Source of the DNA: Terriglobia bacterium
GTDB taxonomy: Bacteria > Acidobacteriota > Terriglobia > Bryobacterales > Bryobacteraceae
Direction: 5' to 3'
DNA: 64,000 nucleotides
Assembly (NCBI GenBank): GCA_963761935.1
Contig: CAVXJU010000096.1
Span: 104,165-168,164 of the forward strand
Within the stretch, counting starts at the first letter, position 1; every line of letters begins with the position of its first letter. The position numbers and the translations under genes were made by a program. Shown here piece after piece: positions 21,425 to 30,249 of this stretch. Under the pieces are notes generated by a model. It was not told the origin of the DNA. It searched no databases and saw only the letters and a list, made by a program, of their open reading frames with translations.

Positions 21425-22451
21425 ACTGCTCTCCCACCGTGCCCTTCAGGCTGATGGCCCCCTCCGCCTCCAGTTGCCGCACCACCGCGATGATCTGCTG
21501 CTGAGCCGCTTCCACTTCTTTGATCTTCACCGGTCCGAGCGCCTCCATGTCCTCGCGCAGCATCTCGGCGCCGCGCTGTGACATGACTTCCATGAAGTGA
21601 GTTTTCAACTGGTCGCTGGTGCCCTTCAAGGCCACGGTCAGGATCTTCCGGTCCACCTTGCCGAGGACTTCCTTGACGGCGTCGCTACCGAGCAGCAGCA
21701 GATCTTCGAACACGAACATCATATGGCGGACAGTGGCCACCAGGTTGGGATCGTTTTGTTCGATGACTTCCAGGATCTCCTTGCTGGTGGCCGAGTCCAG
21801 ACGGTTGAACATTTCGGCTACCGCGCGAACGCCGCCGTACGACTCGCGGCTCATCTCGCCCAGGGCTTTCAGCTTCTCGCCGATGATGGCCGCGATCTTG
21901 GAAATGATTTCCGGTGAAATCTGGTCCAGGCTGGCCATGCGCAGTGCCACGTCGGCGCGCAATTCGGAAGGCAGCGAGGTTAAAAGCCCCGCGGCTTGGG
22001 AAGCATTCAAGTGAGACAGGATCAGCGCGATGGTCTGCGGGTGTTCGTTGTGGATGAACTTGGCGAGCTGCTGGGGATCGGCCCGCTGCAAGGTGTCAAA
22101 ACTTGCGATTTCCGAGCCCAGCGTTTTCACCAGCCGGTCCAGCAGCTTGGTGGCGTGCTCAGGACCGAAGGCATTCAGCAGCATTTTCCGGGCGTAGTCG
22201 ATTCCGCCTTTGAGGACGTAATCGCGCGCCATCGACATCTGGTAGAACTCTTCCAGGATTGCCTCGGCCTGCTCGTTGCTGATGTTGGTGATGCGCGCCA
22301 CTTCTCGGCCAATGACTTGAACTTCCTCGTCGTCCAGTTGGCGCAGGATTTCGCCGCTGGTTTGATCGCCGAGAATAATCATGAGGATGGCGGCCTTGCG
22401 TATGCCGGCCAGGGTTGCGTTCGGATTCAATGCATCGACGTTTTGAATCAT
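21414..22451 (-). CDS. fliG: flagellar motor switch protein FliG
   Basis: KAAILMIILG...EILRQLDDEEV N-terminus and MFVFEDL motif. Confidence 0.9.
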   Translation of the reverse strand: MIQNVDALNPNATLAGIRKAAILMIILGDQTSGEILRQLDDEEVQVIGREVARITNISNEQAEAILEEFYQMSMARDYVLKGGIDYARKMLLNAFGPEHATKLLDRLVKTLGSEIASFDTLQRADPQQLAKFIHNEHPQTIALILSHLNASQAAGLLTSLPSELRADVALRMASLDQISPEIISKIAAIIGEKLKALGEMSRESYGGVRAVAEMFNRLDSATSKEILEVIEQNDPNLVATVRHMMFVFEDLLLLGSDAVKEVLGKVDRKILTVALKGTSDQLKTHFMEVMSQRGAEMLREDMEALGPVKIKEVEAAQQQIIAVVRQLEAEGAISLKGTVGEQYVV

Positions 22452-22551
22452 GAACGTGCCAATCGCGACGAATCGCAGCCGGGGGAGGCTGGCTGGGTGG
22501 TCTTCAGTTGGCCGTGATGGGTGCTCATCGCTGCTTTATCCGGGGCCACCA

Positions 22552-22593
22552 CTAATTCTTGCTGTCCGTCATCTAATTCTTGCTATCCGTCAT
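22552..22593. repeat. 21-bp tandem direct repeat (2 copies, 1 mismatch) duplicating the last 6 codons plus stop of fliF
   Basis: ctaattcttgctgtccgtcat (22552-22572) followed by ctaattcttgctatccgtcat (22573-22593). Confidence 0.9.
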
Positions 22594-24237
22594 CCAGGAC
22601 CGCAGGACGTGCGCCATGGCGGTGGAGTCTTTCTTGGCCTGATCGGCAATGTGTTTGGTCAACACTTCCGCTTTCTTGGTAACCGCCTGCGTCTTCAACG
22701 CGCTCAGGGCCTCCGTTTCCTGTCTTTGCCGAAGCGCGGCTTGCTCGGCCAGTTGATTCTCTACTTTCTGGTTGAAGTTGTCGTCAGCCTGGCCGGCGCC
22801 GAGTTGAGGGGCCATTTCGATGGACGAACCGGACCCGCGTCGCGCCAGCTTGAAAACCAGCACGATCAGGGTGAGCAATATGGCGATTCCTACTCCCGCG
22901 CCAACCGCCAGATACTTACTTTTGAGCGCCTGATCCAAGAGGCTGGGAGGCGCGGCGGGCGCCTGCGGTGGAGTGGTGGGAAGTTGTTCCGGGTTTAGGG
23001 TGGTTTCAAACGGCAGCGTTTCCACGACTAATTGGTCCCCTCGTTCGGCGGAGAATCCAATCACTCCCGCCACCAGGTCGTGGATGGCTTTCAGTTTCTC
23101 AGCCGAGGGTGGCTCCACGATCCGTTTGGCTTTCGGTCCGGAGCCTTCCCAGCGCACCAGCGAGTCGACCAAAAGCGACACTGACATGCGTTTTAAGGTT
23201 CCCTGGGGCAAACGAACGTGCCGGACTGTATGGCTGGACTGGTAACTGATGCTCTCGGTGCGCCGCGTCACCCCGCTGCTTCCCGAAGCAGGACGAGCGG
23301 CCGGCTTAGGTAGATTGGAAGCGGTACCGGGCACGCCAGACGCCACGCTTCCGCCGCTGATGTCTTCGGTCTTCTGGGACGTCAGCATGACCGACTTGTT
23401 GGGATCGAAGGTCTCTTCGCTCTGCTCAGCGCTGCTAAAATCGCAATCCACGGAAACGGTGGCGCGGAACTTATCGGGGCCGAGCAGCGGCTCGAGCGTG
23501 CCGTCGATCTTGGCCAAAACATCGTGTTCCAACTTCTGGCGGTAATCGATGGACTCCTCGGAGGGCTCGCCGCCATCTTCGGAGGCGGACCTACGAGCCC
23601 GATTCAGCAAATTCCCGCGCGTGTCCACGACGGAAACCGCCTCCGGCGCAAGACCTTCCACCGCGCTAGCGGCCAACTGGCAAATGGCTGAGACATTCTG
23701 CGAGGACAGCTGCGCGCCGTCCCGCAACTTGACCAGCACGCTGGCTTTGGCGGGCTGGCGCGATTCCAGAAAAACCGAGTCCTTGGCGAGTGTGATATGA
23801 ACGCGGGCCTGTTCTACTTCGGCCAGCGACATAACGGAACGCTCCAGCTCGCCTTCGAGCGCGCGATGATAGTTGACCTGTTCGGCAAAATCGCTGGCGC
23901 CGAAGTTGGTTTTGTCGAAGAGTTCGAATCCCATGCGGCCGCTTTTGGGGACGCCCGCGGCGGCCAGTTGCAGCCGCAGCTCGGCTACTTTACCGGAGGG
24001 AACCAGAACCACGGTACCGTTGTCGGAAAGCCGGAAATCCGACCCTGCTTCCCGCACTTTGGCCAGCACCGCTGCCGCGTCTTCGGGCGCCAGTTCGCTG
24101 TATAACGGCCGGAAATCCCGTTCGCGATTCCAGTGCGAGAACGAAGCCAGAGCGGCTGTCACCGCGCCCGCCACGATCAATATGGAAAGGATCTGCTTCC
24201 AGGTGAGGCTTTCAAATATCCGCTTGAGTTGATCCAT
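22573..24237 (-). CDS. fliF: flagellar M-ring protein FliF
   Basis: 554 aa; N-terminal TM; YscJ/FliF family region (ELRLQLAAAGVPKSG...GFELFD); C-terminal TM. Confidence 0.9.
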   Translation of the reverse strand: MDQLKRIFESLTWKQILSILIVAGAVTAALASFSHWNRERDFRPLYSELAPEDAAAVLAKVREAGSDFRLSDNGTVVLVPSGKVAELRLQLAAAGVPKSGRMGFELFDKTNFGASDFAEQVNYHRALEGELERSVMSLAEVEQARVHITLAKDSVFLESRQPAKASVLVKLRDGAQLSSQNVSAICQLAASAVEGLAPEAVSVVDTRGNLLNRARRSASEDGGEPSEESIDYRQKLEHDVLAKIDGTLEPLLGPDKFRATVSVDCDFSSAEQSEETFDPNKSVMLTSQKTEDISGGSVASGVPGTASNLPKPAARPASGSSGVTRRTESISYQSSHTVRHVRLPQGTLKRMSVSLLVDSLVRWEGSGPKAKRIVEPPSAEKLKAIHDLVAGVIGFSAERGDQLVVETLPFETTLNPEQLPTTPPQAPAAPPSLLDQALKSKYLAVGAGVGIAILLTLIVLVFKLARRGSGSSIEMAPQLGAGQADDNFNQKVENQLAEQAALRQRQETEALSALKTQAVTKKAEVLTKHIADQAKKDSTAMAHVLRSWMTDSKN

Positions 24238-24246
24238 GGAGGAGGC

Positions 24247-24546
24247 CTACATCTGCATCTTCATCACTTCCTGGTAGGCTGACACTACCTTGTTCCGGAT
24301 CTGCATGAATAGGTCGAATGCCAGTTCGGCTTGCTGGGTAGCGAGGGCGACCTTGTGCACCTCTTCGTCCTCACCCGAGAGGAATTTGTCGATGCTCGTC
24401 TGTGAGTTCTGCTGAAACTGTTCCACGCGGCCAATGGCATCGGAAAGCACCGACTGGAAGGCGCCGGCGGCACTCTTGGTTCCGCCATCCGGCTGGATCG
24501 ACGGGATGCCGGCCGGCATGCGTACGGGCGTGATGGGCATGGACAT
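24247..24546 (-). CDS. fliE: flagellar hook-basal body complex protein FliE
   Basis: 99 aa; FQSVLSDAI...VSAYQEVMKMQM C-terminus. Confidence 0.8.
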   Translation of the reverse strand: MSMPITPVRMPAGIPSIQPDGGTKSAAGAFQSVLSDAIGRVEQFQQNSQTSIDKFLSGEDEEVHKVALATQQAELAFDLFMQIRNKVVSAYQEVMKMQM

Positions 24547-24567
24547 AAGGGCTTATTTCCCAAGGGT

Positions 24568-25005
24568 CTATTTCATAAGATCAATGGAGTGCAGAACCAT
24601 GTCTTTGATGGCGGTCATGGCCGCGACATTAGCGTTATAACCCTGGTCGGCGCTCATTAGGTCCGCCATGTCCTCGGCGGGATTTATATTTGGAAATGCG
24701 ACGTAGCCGTCCTGATCGGCGTCGGGATGGCCGGGGAGATAGCGTTTTTGCGGCTCGCTGGAGTCTTCGATTACATCCGAGACCTGCACGCCGTTGACTC
24801 CCGAATCCATTTCGGTCTGGAAGACCGCCCCGAACGGAGAGGTCTGAGGAGAGCTGGTGAAGACCGCATCCTTGCGTTTATAAGGGCCTCCCTCGGGGGT
24901 TCGCGTGGTCTCGGCGTTGGCCAGATTCTCCACCAAGAGTTCGGCTCGCGTCCGCTGCGCGCTCATCCCCGAAGCGCTCACCGAAAGAACGGAAAGAAGA
25001 CTCAT
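24568..25005 (-). CDS. flgC: flagellar basal-body rod protein FlgC
   Basis: SASGMSAQRTRAELLVENLANAETTRTPEGGPYKRK; C-terminal YNANVAAMTAIKDM. Confidence 0.9.
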   Translation of the reverse strand: MSLLSVLSVSASGMSAQRTRAELLVENLANAETTRTPEGGPYKRKDAVFTSSPQTSPFGAVFQTEMDSGVNGVQVSDVIEDSSEPQKRYLPGHPDADQDGYVAFPNINPAEDMADLMSADQGYNANVAAMTAIKDMVLHSIDLMK

Positions 25006-25337
25006 GACTTGCCCTCCTGGATGGCCGAATTGATCAGTTTCAACTGGGTTTTCATCAGACTGGAAGCTAAATTGAACCGCAAGGCGTTTTCGGCCAGCAG
25101 CCGCGTCTCCCGGTCCAGACTCACGTTATTGCCGTCGTTGTTGACCGCCAGCCCTTGCGCCTCCACCACGTTGGGGCTCCCACCCTGTATCAGGCTCATG
25201 AATTCGAACTGGAAATCTATATCCTTGGTTTTGTACCCCGGAGTATCCACATTGGCGATATTAGAAGCCACAAGCTTCTGTCGAGTACTCAAGAGATCCA
25301 TGTATTGCTCGATCTGATTAGTGATGCGGTCTACCAC
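25002..25337 (-). CDS. flgB: flagellar basal-body rod protein FlgB (GTG start)
   Basis: LVASNIANVDTPGYKTKDIDF motif; first gene of the operon. Confidence 0.85.
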   Translation of the reverse strand: MVDRITNQIEQYMDLLSTRQKLVASNIANVDTPGYKTKDIDFQFEFMSLIQGGSPNVVEAQGLAVNNDGNNVSLDRETRLLAENALRFNLASSLMKTQLKLINSAIQEGKS

Positions 25338-25407
25338 GCACTAGCGGCAGTGCAAGCCGGACGCCAAAGACGGCGCCTTGGTTTTGAACAAGTTGGCCGC
25401 TGGCTGG

Positions 25408-25423
25408 GGCCAATATGCTGCCG
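25408..25423 (-). promoter_or_regulatory. weak sigma54-type (-24/-12) promoter candidate upstream of flgB
   Basis: Minus-strand CGGCAGCATATTGGCC compared with TGGCACG-N4-TTGCW. The GG and GC doublets have correct spacing, about 70 nt upstream of the flgB start. Confidence 0.3.
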
Positions 25424-25624
25424 CAGGGCAGGGGATTGCCGTACCGAAGTGAAACAGCGCGTGCTAGTCTGGGAACGGTCGTACTAAGTATTAGAGTCTC
25501 AGTGAAACATCGGGAGCCGCTGGGACACTAAGTAATTTAGCCCGCGGCTTCTAGGGGTTACCTGAAATTGATTACGTACCAGTACCCTCGATAGAATCGT
25601 AGTCGGGCAGTCGATAGAGCTAAC

Positions 25625-26362
25625 ATGAGCGACGGCACAACCACAATCGACAACGCGACCATACGCCCCAATCTGCTGGAGCCACGCAAGGGCAATATCC
25701 GGATTCTCATTGCTGACGATCATCCCATCGTACGAGATGGCTTGCGAAAGCTTTTGAGTCTGGAAGAAGATTTTGAGATTGTAGGCGAAGCCGCCGACGG
25801 CTGCGAAGTTTTGGAAAAGGTTCAGGAGCTCGATCCGGATGTGCTGTTGCTGGATCTTCGCATGCCCAATTTGGACGGGCTATCCGCGCTACAGACCCTG
25901 CAACAGACCAACAAGCGCACGCGCGTGATCATCCTCACCGCGTCCGAAGATAAGAACGAGTTCGTGCAAGCCATGAAACTCGGTTGCTCCGGCATCGTGC
26001 TCAAGCAGACCGCTCCGGAGCTGATCGTCAAGAGCATCCGCAAAGTGCATGGCGGCGAGATCTGGCTCGATTCTCACACCACCGCGGCGGTAATGCGTCA
26101 ATTCGCCGCTCCGGGTGAGATTGGGGGAACCGGTTCCGGGAAAGCTCGGGAACGCTCTCCGCTGAGCCATCGCGAGCGGGAAATCGTGCAACTGGTGGCG
26201 CAGGGCTACAAGAATAAGGAAATGGCCGAGAAGATGTTCATCAGCGAGCAGACCGTCAAGAACCATCTGCACAACATCTTCGACAAGCTGGGCGTTTCCG
26301 ACCGCCTGGAATTAGCGCTGTACGCGATTCACAAAGGCCTGCATCTGAACGCCGATCGTTGA
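25625..26362 (+). CDS. NarL/FixJ-type response regulator (REC + LuxR HTH)
   Basis: ILIADDHPIVRDGL, DVLLLDLRMP, and C-terminal LSHREREIVQLVAQGYKNKEMAEKMFISEQTVKNHLHNIFDKLGV. Confidence 0.88.
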   Translation: MSDGTTTIDNATIRPNLLEPRKGNIRILIADDHPIVRDGLRKLLSLEEDFEIVGEAADGCEVLEKVQELDPDVLLLDLRMPNLDGLSALQTLQQTNKRTRVIILTASEDKNEFVQAMKLGCSGIVLKQTAPELIVKSIRKVHGGEIWLDSHTTAAVMRQFAAPGEIGGTGSGKARERSPLSHREREIVQLVAQGYKNKEMAEKMFISEQTVKNHLHNIFDKLGVSDRLELALYAIHKGLHLNADR

Positions 26363-26503
26363 TCCGTGTGGGCCCGGAATGAGCGCCGGTGGGTTCCAAT
26401 CTTAGGCAACCTCTCAGTAGTTTCCCGACCCGAGACCGCATGCTTCCACCGATTGCGGAGCTAGCTATCCGGTATTAAAGTCCTGGTATTGGAGCGTACG
26501 AAC

Positions 26504-26878
26504 ATGCGATTCGTTTTTGTTCTCTCGCTACTCAGTCTCCCTCTGGCGCTGCCTGCGCGGGCGCAGGTTCCCTTGATGAACACGGTGCAGCCGGACAATG
26601 GAAAAATCGGCTCGGTGCTGCGCATTGCAGGCGTTTACCTCGGCAAGGAAAAGGTGGATGAGGTCTATCTGACCGATCACACCTTTGACATGAAGGTGAA
26701 AGTGCTGGACCAAACGGAAGACTCCATCCAGTTTCGCATTCCGCCCTCGGCCAAACCAGGCAGGCTGCAATTGCTGGTGAAGACGACGGGTAAGAAACCG
26801 CAGCTGCTGGAGCAGCCAGTCTACATCACGGTGGAGGAAAAAGAGCCGGCCGTGGAAGTAACGGCGTCGTCGCACTGA
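26504..26878 (+). CDS. small secreted IPT/TIG-like protein
   Basis: Signal peptide MRFVFVLSLLSLPLALPARAQ; a single beta-rich domain. Confidence 0.45.
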   Translation: MRFVFVLSLLSLPLALPARAQVPLMNTVQPDNGKIGSVLRIAGVYLGKEKVDEVYLTDHTFDMKVKVLDQTEDSIQFRIPPSAKPGRLQLLVKTTGKKPQLLEQPVYITVEEKEPAVEVTASSH

Positions 26879-26971
26879 CGCCGTCCAGGTTACTCCCGAC
26901 GAAGCGTGATGGTTGCCACGATCGAGAAGCCCAGGCTGGCGGGAGACTACCGCACAACGCGACACTAGAGT

Positions 26972-27725
26972 TTGTTCTCTCTGCTGCTGCACGTTTCGCC
27001 GGATCAAGAAGATTTTCTGGTCGCCGAGCTTTCCGATTGCGGCGTCTTGGGAATTACCGAGGAGCCCGGCGGCCTGCGCGCATTCTTCGACGACGCGGAT
27101 CGCGCGCAAGAATTACTCCGACGTTTCGCGCGCTATGGGCCGCAGCTCGAGCCAACGGAAACGGTCGATTGGGCTCAAGCTTTCGCGCGATGCGTGGCCA
27201 CCGCTGCTGATCGGAGAACGATTCTATTTAGTCGCGCCTTGGTCTCGAGACGAAACGCCGCCGGGGCGGCTGCGCCTGGAAATCGAACCGGGTATGGCGT
27301 GCGGCACTGGCCGGCATCCGGCGACGCAACTGTGTCTCGAAGCCTTGGAACGGTATGTGCGGCCGGGCGAATCGGTGCTGGACATCGGCACCGGTTCCGG
27401 CATCCTGGCTCAGGCGGCCAAGCTGCTGGGGGCCGCGAGCGTCGTGGGTTGCGACATTGATGCCGAGGCCATCGCCTTCACGCGTCCGCGCGCGCACGTA
27501 CCGCTGTTTGTAGGCTCGGTGGATGCGGTGCGCCCGCAGTCACGGGATCTCATTGTCGCCAACATCGATTCGGCTACGGTCGAACTGCTACGGCCGGAGC
27601 TGGAGCGCGTGCGCCGGAGCGATGGAACGCTGATTCTTTCAGGCTTTCCAGAATGGGATATTCCCGAAGGTTTCCACCCCAGAGAAACACTACGCCGCGA
27701 GGAGTGGGTGTGCCTGATTTGCTAG
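26972..27725 (+). pseudogene. prmA: ribosomal protein L11 methyltransferase PrmA, one frameshift near 27180-27190
   Basis: N-terminal frame LHVSPDQEDFLVAELSDCGVLGITEE...TVDWAQAF. Next frame RDAWPPLLIGERFYLVAPW...EPGMACGTGRHPATQLCLE...VLDIGTGSGILA...GCDID. Confidence 0.75.
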
Positions 27726-27728
27726 CCG

Positions 27729-28745
27729 TTACTGATCCGAAGGCCGGCGCTTCAAGGTTGGCCGGTCGTCTTGATCCGAGGCCGGGGTCTTGCCACTATC
27801 ATCGGCATCCACTGGGCCAGCGGTGGATCCTGGGGCGCGGCGAAGCTGCGGCTTGTTGGCGTCGCGAGGATCCTGGATCTTGCGCTTGTTGTGCATGGCG
27901 TAGAGCCGTGCCTTGACGTCGTTGAATTCCGAGGTGGTCACGACGTACTCTGGTTTTTCTTTCAGGTATTTCTCGATGTTGATCTGCGAGGCTTTGACTC
28001 GATCTTCGGTAGGAGGATGGGTGGAGAAAACTTTGGCCAGCGTTCCGGGCTTTTGTTTCTCGAGCGTCTCGATCTTCTCGAAGAAATCCACGAAGGCCTC
28101 CGGATCGTAGCCGGTCTTGTACATGTATTGGAGTCCCAACATGTCGGCTTCGGATTCCATGGCCTTGGAGAACTGCAGGAAACCGATAGGTACCAGTACG
28201 CTGGCGGCCTCATAGATACCGTACATGGTCCAGCCGCCGCCGACGAAGATCAGTGGGATCATGCCCAATTGCGCGATCTCACCACGCGTGGCCTGGCGCG
28301 TGCCGTGGCGGGCGGCGACGTGCGCGATTTCGTGCGCCATCACGCCGGCCAACTCCGCTTCGTTGTCGGCTTTCAGGATCAGACCGGAGTTTACAAAGAA
28401 GAAACCGCCGGGAAGCGCGAAGGCGTTTACTTCCTCGCTATCGATGACCTTGATGGTGAAGGGAACCTTGGCGTCTGAATTTCGCACCAGATTCTGTCCC
28501 ACGCGGTTCACGTACTCGGAGATCACCGGATCGTTGATGATCTTGGCCTGCCGCTCCACTTGCATGGCCAACTGTTTACCTAACGCGATCTCTTTTTCGA
28601 GCGAGTAGAAATTCACATGCCCGGCGACGTTACGGTTGCCAATCTGGTCTGGATCTTTTTCCTTGGAATCGCCGGCGTATGCGGTGGGCGACACAAGAGC
28701 CACGACGACCAGGAGACTGAGACTAGCTGACCACGGGCGCTTCAT
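27729..28745 (-). CDS. secreted M48 family zinc metallopeptidase
   Basis: Signal peptide; HEIAHVAARH (HEXXH); downstream ESEAD. Confidence 0.85.
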   Translation of the reverse strand: MKRPWSASLSLLVVVALVSPTAYAGDSKEKDPDQIGNRNVAGHVNFYSLEKEIALGKQLAMQVERQAKIINDPVISEYVNRVGQNLVRNSDAKVPFTIKVIDSEEVNAFALPGGFFFVNSGLILKADNEAELAGVMAHEIAHVAARHGTRQATRGEIAQLGMIPLIFVGGGWTMYGIYEAASVLVPIGFLQFSKAMESEADMLGLQYMYKTGYDPEAFVDFFEKIETLEKQKPGTLAKVFSTHPPTEDRVKASQINIEKYLKEKPEYVVTTSEFNDVKARLYAMHNKRKIQDPRDANKPQLRRAPGSTAGPVDADDSGKTPASDQDDRPTLKRRPSDQ

Positions 28746-28906
28746 GTACTAACTCCTAGAGTCAAGTATAAACCTTCATACTGTATACGTATAGAGGTTT
28801 GAATGGGTTTCGACCAGAAATCAGGCGCGGTGCTGGCGGGCGAGCCGCTTTGGAAGCAATATCGTCAATAGTTTCCCGTTACAGAGCGAGCTAATTTACT
28901 TAAACC

Positions 28907-29956
28907 ATGCCGCCGTGGCGCCGCTACCTAAGGTTTCGCTCTGCCGCGATGCAGGCCTTCGCGGACGACGCCTTGAATTACGGTTCGCTGCACTACGATC
29001 AGTGGCTGGATACGTATGAAGCGCTGCGGGGTGCCGCTGGACGCCTGATCGGGGCCGACCGCGGCGAGATCGCGCTGGTCAAGAATACCTCCGAGGGAAT
29101 AGCCACGATAGCAATGGGAATGGATTGGCGGCCCGGTGACACGATCGTGGCGTTTGCCGAGGAGTTTCCAGCCAACTACTATCCTTGGAAACTGCTCGAA
29201 GCGCAACGTTGTTACGTCAAGTGGCTTTCCATTCACGATTCACTGGAGGTCATTGAAGAAGCTTGTGAAGGTGCCAAGCTTCTGGCCGTCAGTTTCGTGC
29301 AATATCTGGGCGGCCGCAGAGCGGATCTGGAAGGGATTGGCCGCGTCTGCCAGCGTCACGGCGTCTTCTTCTTGGTGGACGCGATTCAGGGACTGGGAGC
29401 CTTTCCGCTGGATGTTCGGGCGGCTCAGATCGACGCTTTGGCCGCGGACGGGCACAAATGGATGTTGGGGCCGGAAGGCTGCGGAATTTTGTTCGTCCGC
29501 AAGCAGCGGCAGGATTCGATTTTTCCGCGCGAGTTTGGTTGGACCAACGTGGCCGGTTACAACGATTACGCCTCGCGCGACATGACGCTGCGTTCGGACG
29601 CCGGGCGGTACGAGTGCGGGACGCTGAACACCATCGGCTGTTACGGCCTTGGCGCGTCGCTGGATTTTCTGCTGGGGATCGGGATCGAGCGCATTGGGTC
29701 CGCGGTGCAGTCGCTAGCGGATCAGTTGGCCGAAGGCGCGCAACGAAAAGGTTACAGCCTGCTGGGGGACCGGACGCCGGAGACGGGCGCAGGCATCGTG
29801 GCCATTCAGAAAATCGGTGTGGACAGCCGCGCGGTGGTACGCCAGCTGAAGGATAAAGGAATCGTTGCCGCGGCGCGCCAGGGGTGGGTGCGGTTGTCGC
29901 CGCATTTTTATATCAGCCCGGAAGAGATCGAGCGGGTGATCGACGCGCTGCCGTGA
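28907..29956 (+). CDS. class V aminotransferase / cysteine-desulfurase-like PLP enzyme; true 5' end (from about 28803) is disrupted
   Basis: Fold-type I class V features (SFVQYLGGRRADL, FLVDAIQGLG, ADGHKWMLGPEG). The upstream frames encode the expected FPVTERA..YLNHAAVAPLPK N-terminus, broken by a TAG and two frame changes. Confidence 0.7.
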   Translation: MPPWRRYLRFRSAAMQAFADDALNYGSLHYDQWLDTYEALRGAAGRLIGADRGEIALVKNTSEGIATIAMGMDWRPGDTIVAFAEEFPANYYPWKLLEAQRCYVKWLSIHDSLEVIEEACEGAKLLAVSFVQYLGGRRADLEGIGRVCQRHGVFFLVDAIQGLGAFPLDVRAAQIDALAADGHKWMLGPEGCGILFVRKQRQDSIFPREFGWTNVAGYNDYASRDMTLRSDAGRYECGTLNTIGCYGLGASLDFLLGIGIERIGSAVQSLADQLAEGAQRKGYSLLGDRTPETGAGIVAIQKIGVDSRAVVRQLKDKGIVAAARQGWVRLSPHFYISPEEIERVIDALP

Positions 29957-29968
29957 GCAACACCGCCG

Positions 29969-29984
29969 GTGTACACTCGTACAC
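29969..29984 (+). promoter_or_regulatory. possible operator upstream of the brnA-like gene
   Basis: Palindrome GTGTACAC (29969-29976) and a second GTACAC (29979-29984), directly 5' of the RBS AGAGGGG. Confidence 0.3.
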
Positions 29985-29994
29985 AGAGGGGCGC

Positions 29995-30249
29995 ATGAAG
30001 AAAGAGTACGATTTCAGCCAAGGCCGTCGAGGAGCTGTGATCAAAGTGTCTCCGGGAAAGACCAGGGTCACGATCCGGCTGGACAGCGACCTGCTGGAGT
30101 GGTTCCGGGAGCGGGTGGACGAAACTGGACACGGCAACTACCAAACCTTGATCAACGCTGCGTTGCGCACATTCGTGAAGCAGAAGCAGGAATCGCTGGA
30201 GGCCACGCTGCGGCGCGTGATTCGGGACGAATTGCGAAGGACCGGTTAG
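29995..30249 (+). CDS. BrnA/DUF4415-like ribbon-helix-helix antitoxin, no adjacent toxin gene
   Basis: MKKEYDFSQGRRGAVI...TRVTIRLDSDLLEWFRERVDETGHGNYQTLINAALRTFV matches the BrnA antitoxin pattern from memory. Confidence 0.6.
   Translation: MKKEYDFSQGRRGAVIKVSPGKTRVTIRLDSDLLEWFRERVDETGHGNYQTLINAALRTFVKQKQESLEATLRRVIRDELRRTG

Noticed and set aside
22552-22572. MTDSKN micro-ORF downstream of fliF as a real gene
   Set aside because: It is simply the duplicated fliF terminus: six codons with no independent RBS.
25499-25723. 74-aa minus-strand ORF in the flgB / response-regulator spacer
   Set aside because: It overlaps the regulator start, has no RBS or motif, and sits in a likely promoter region.
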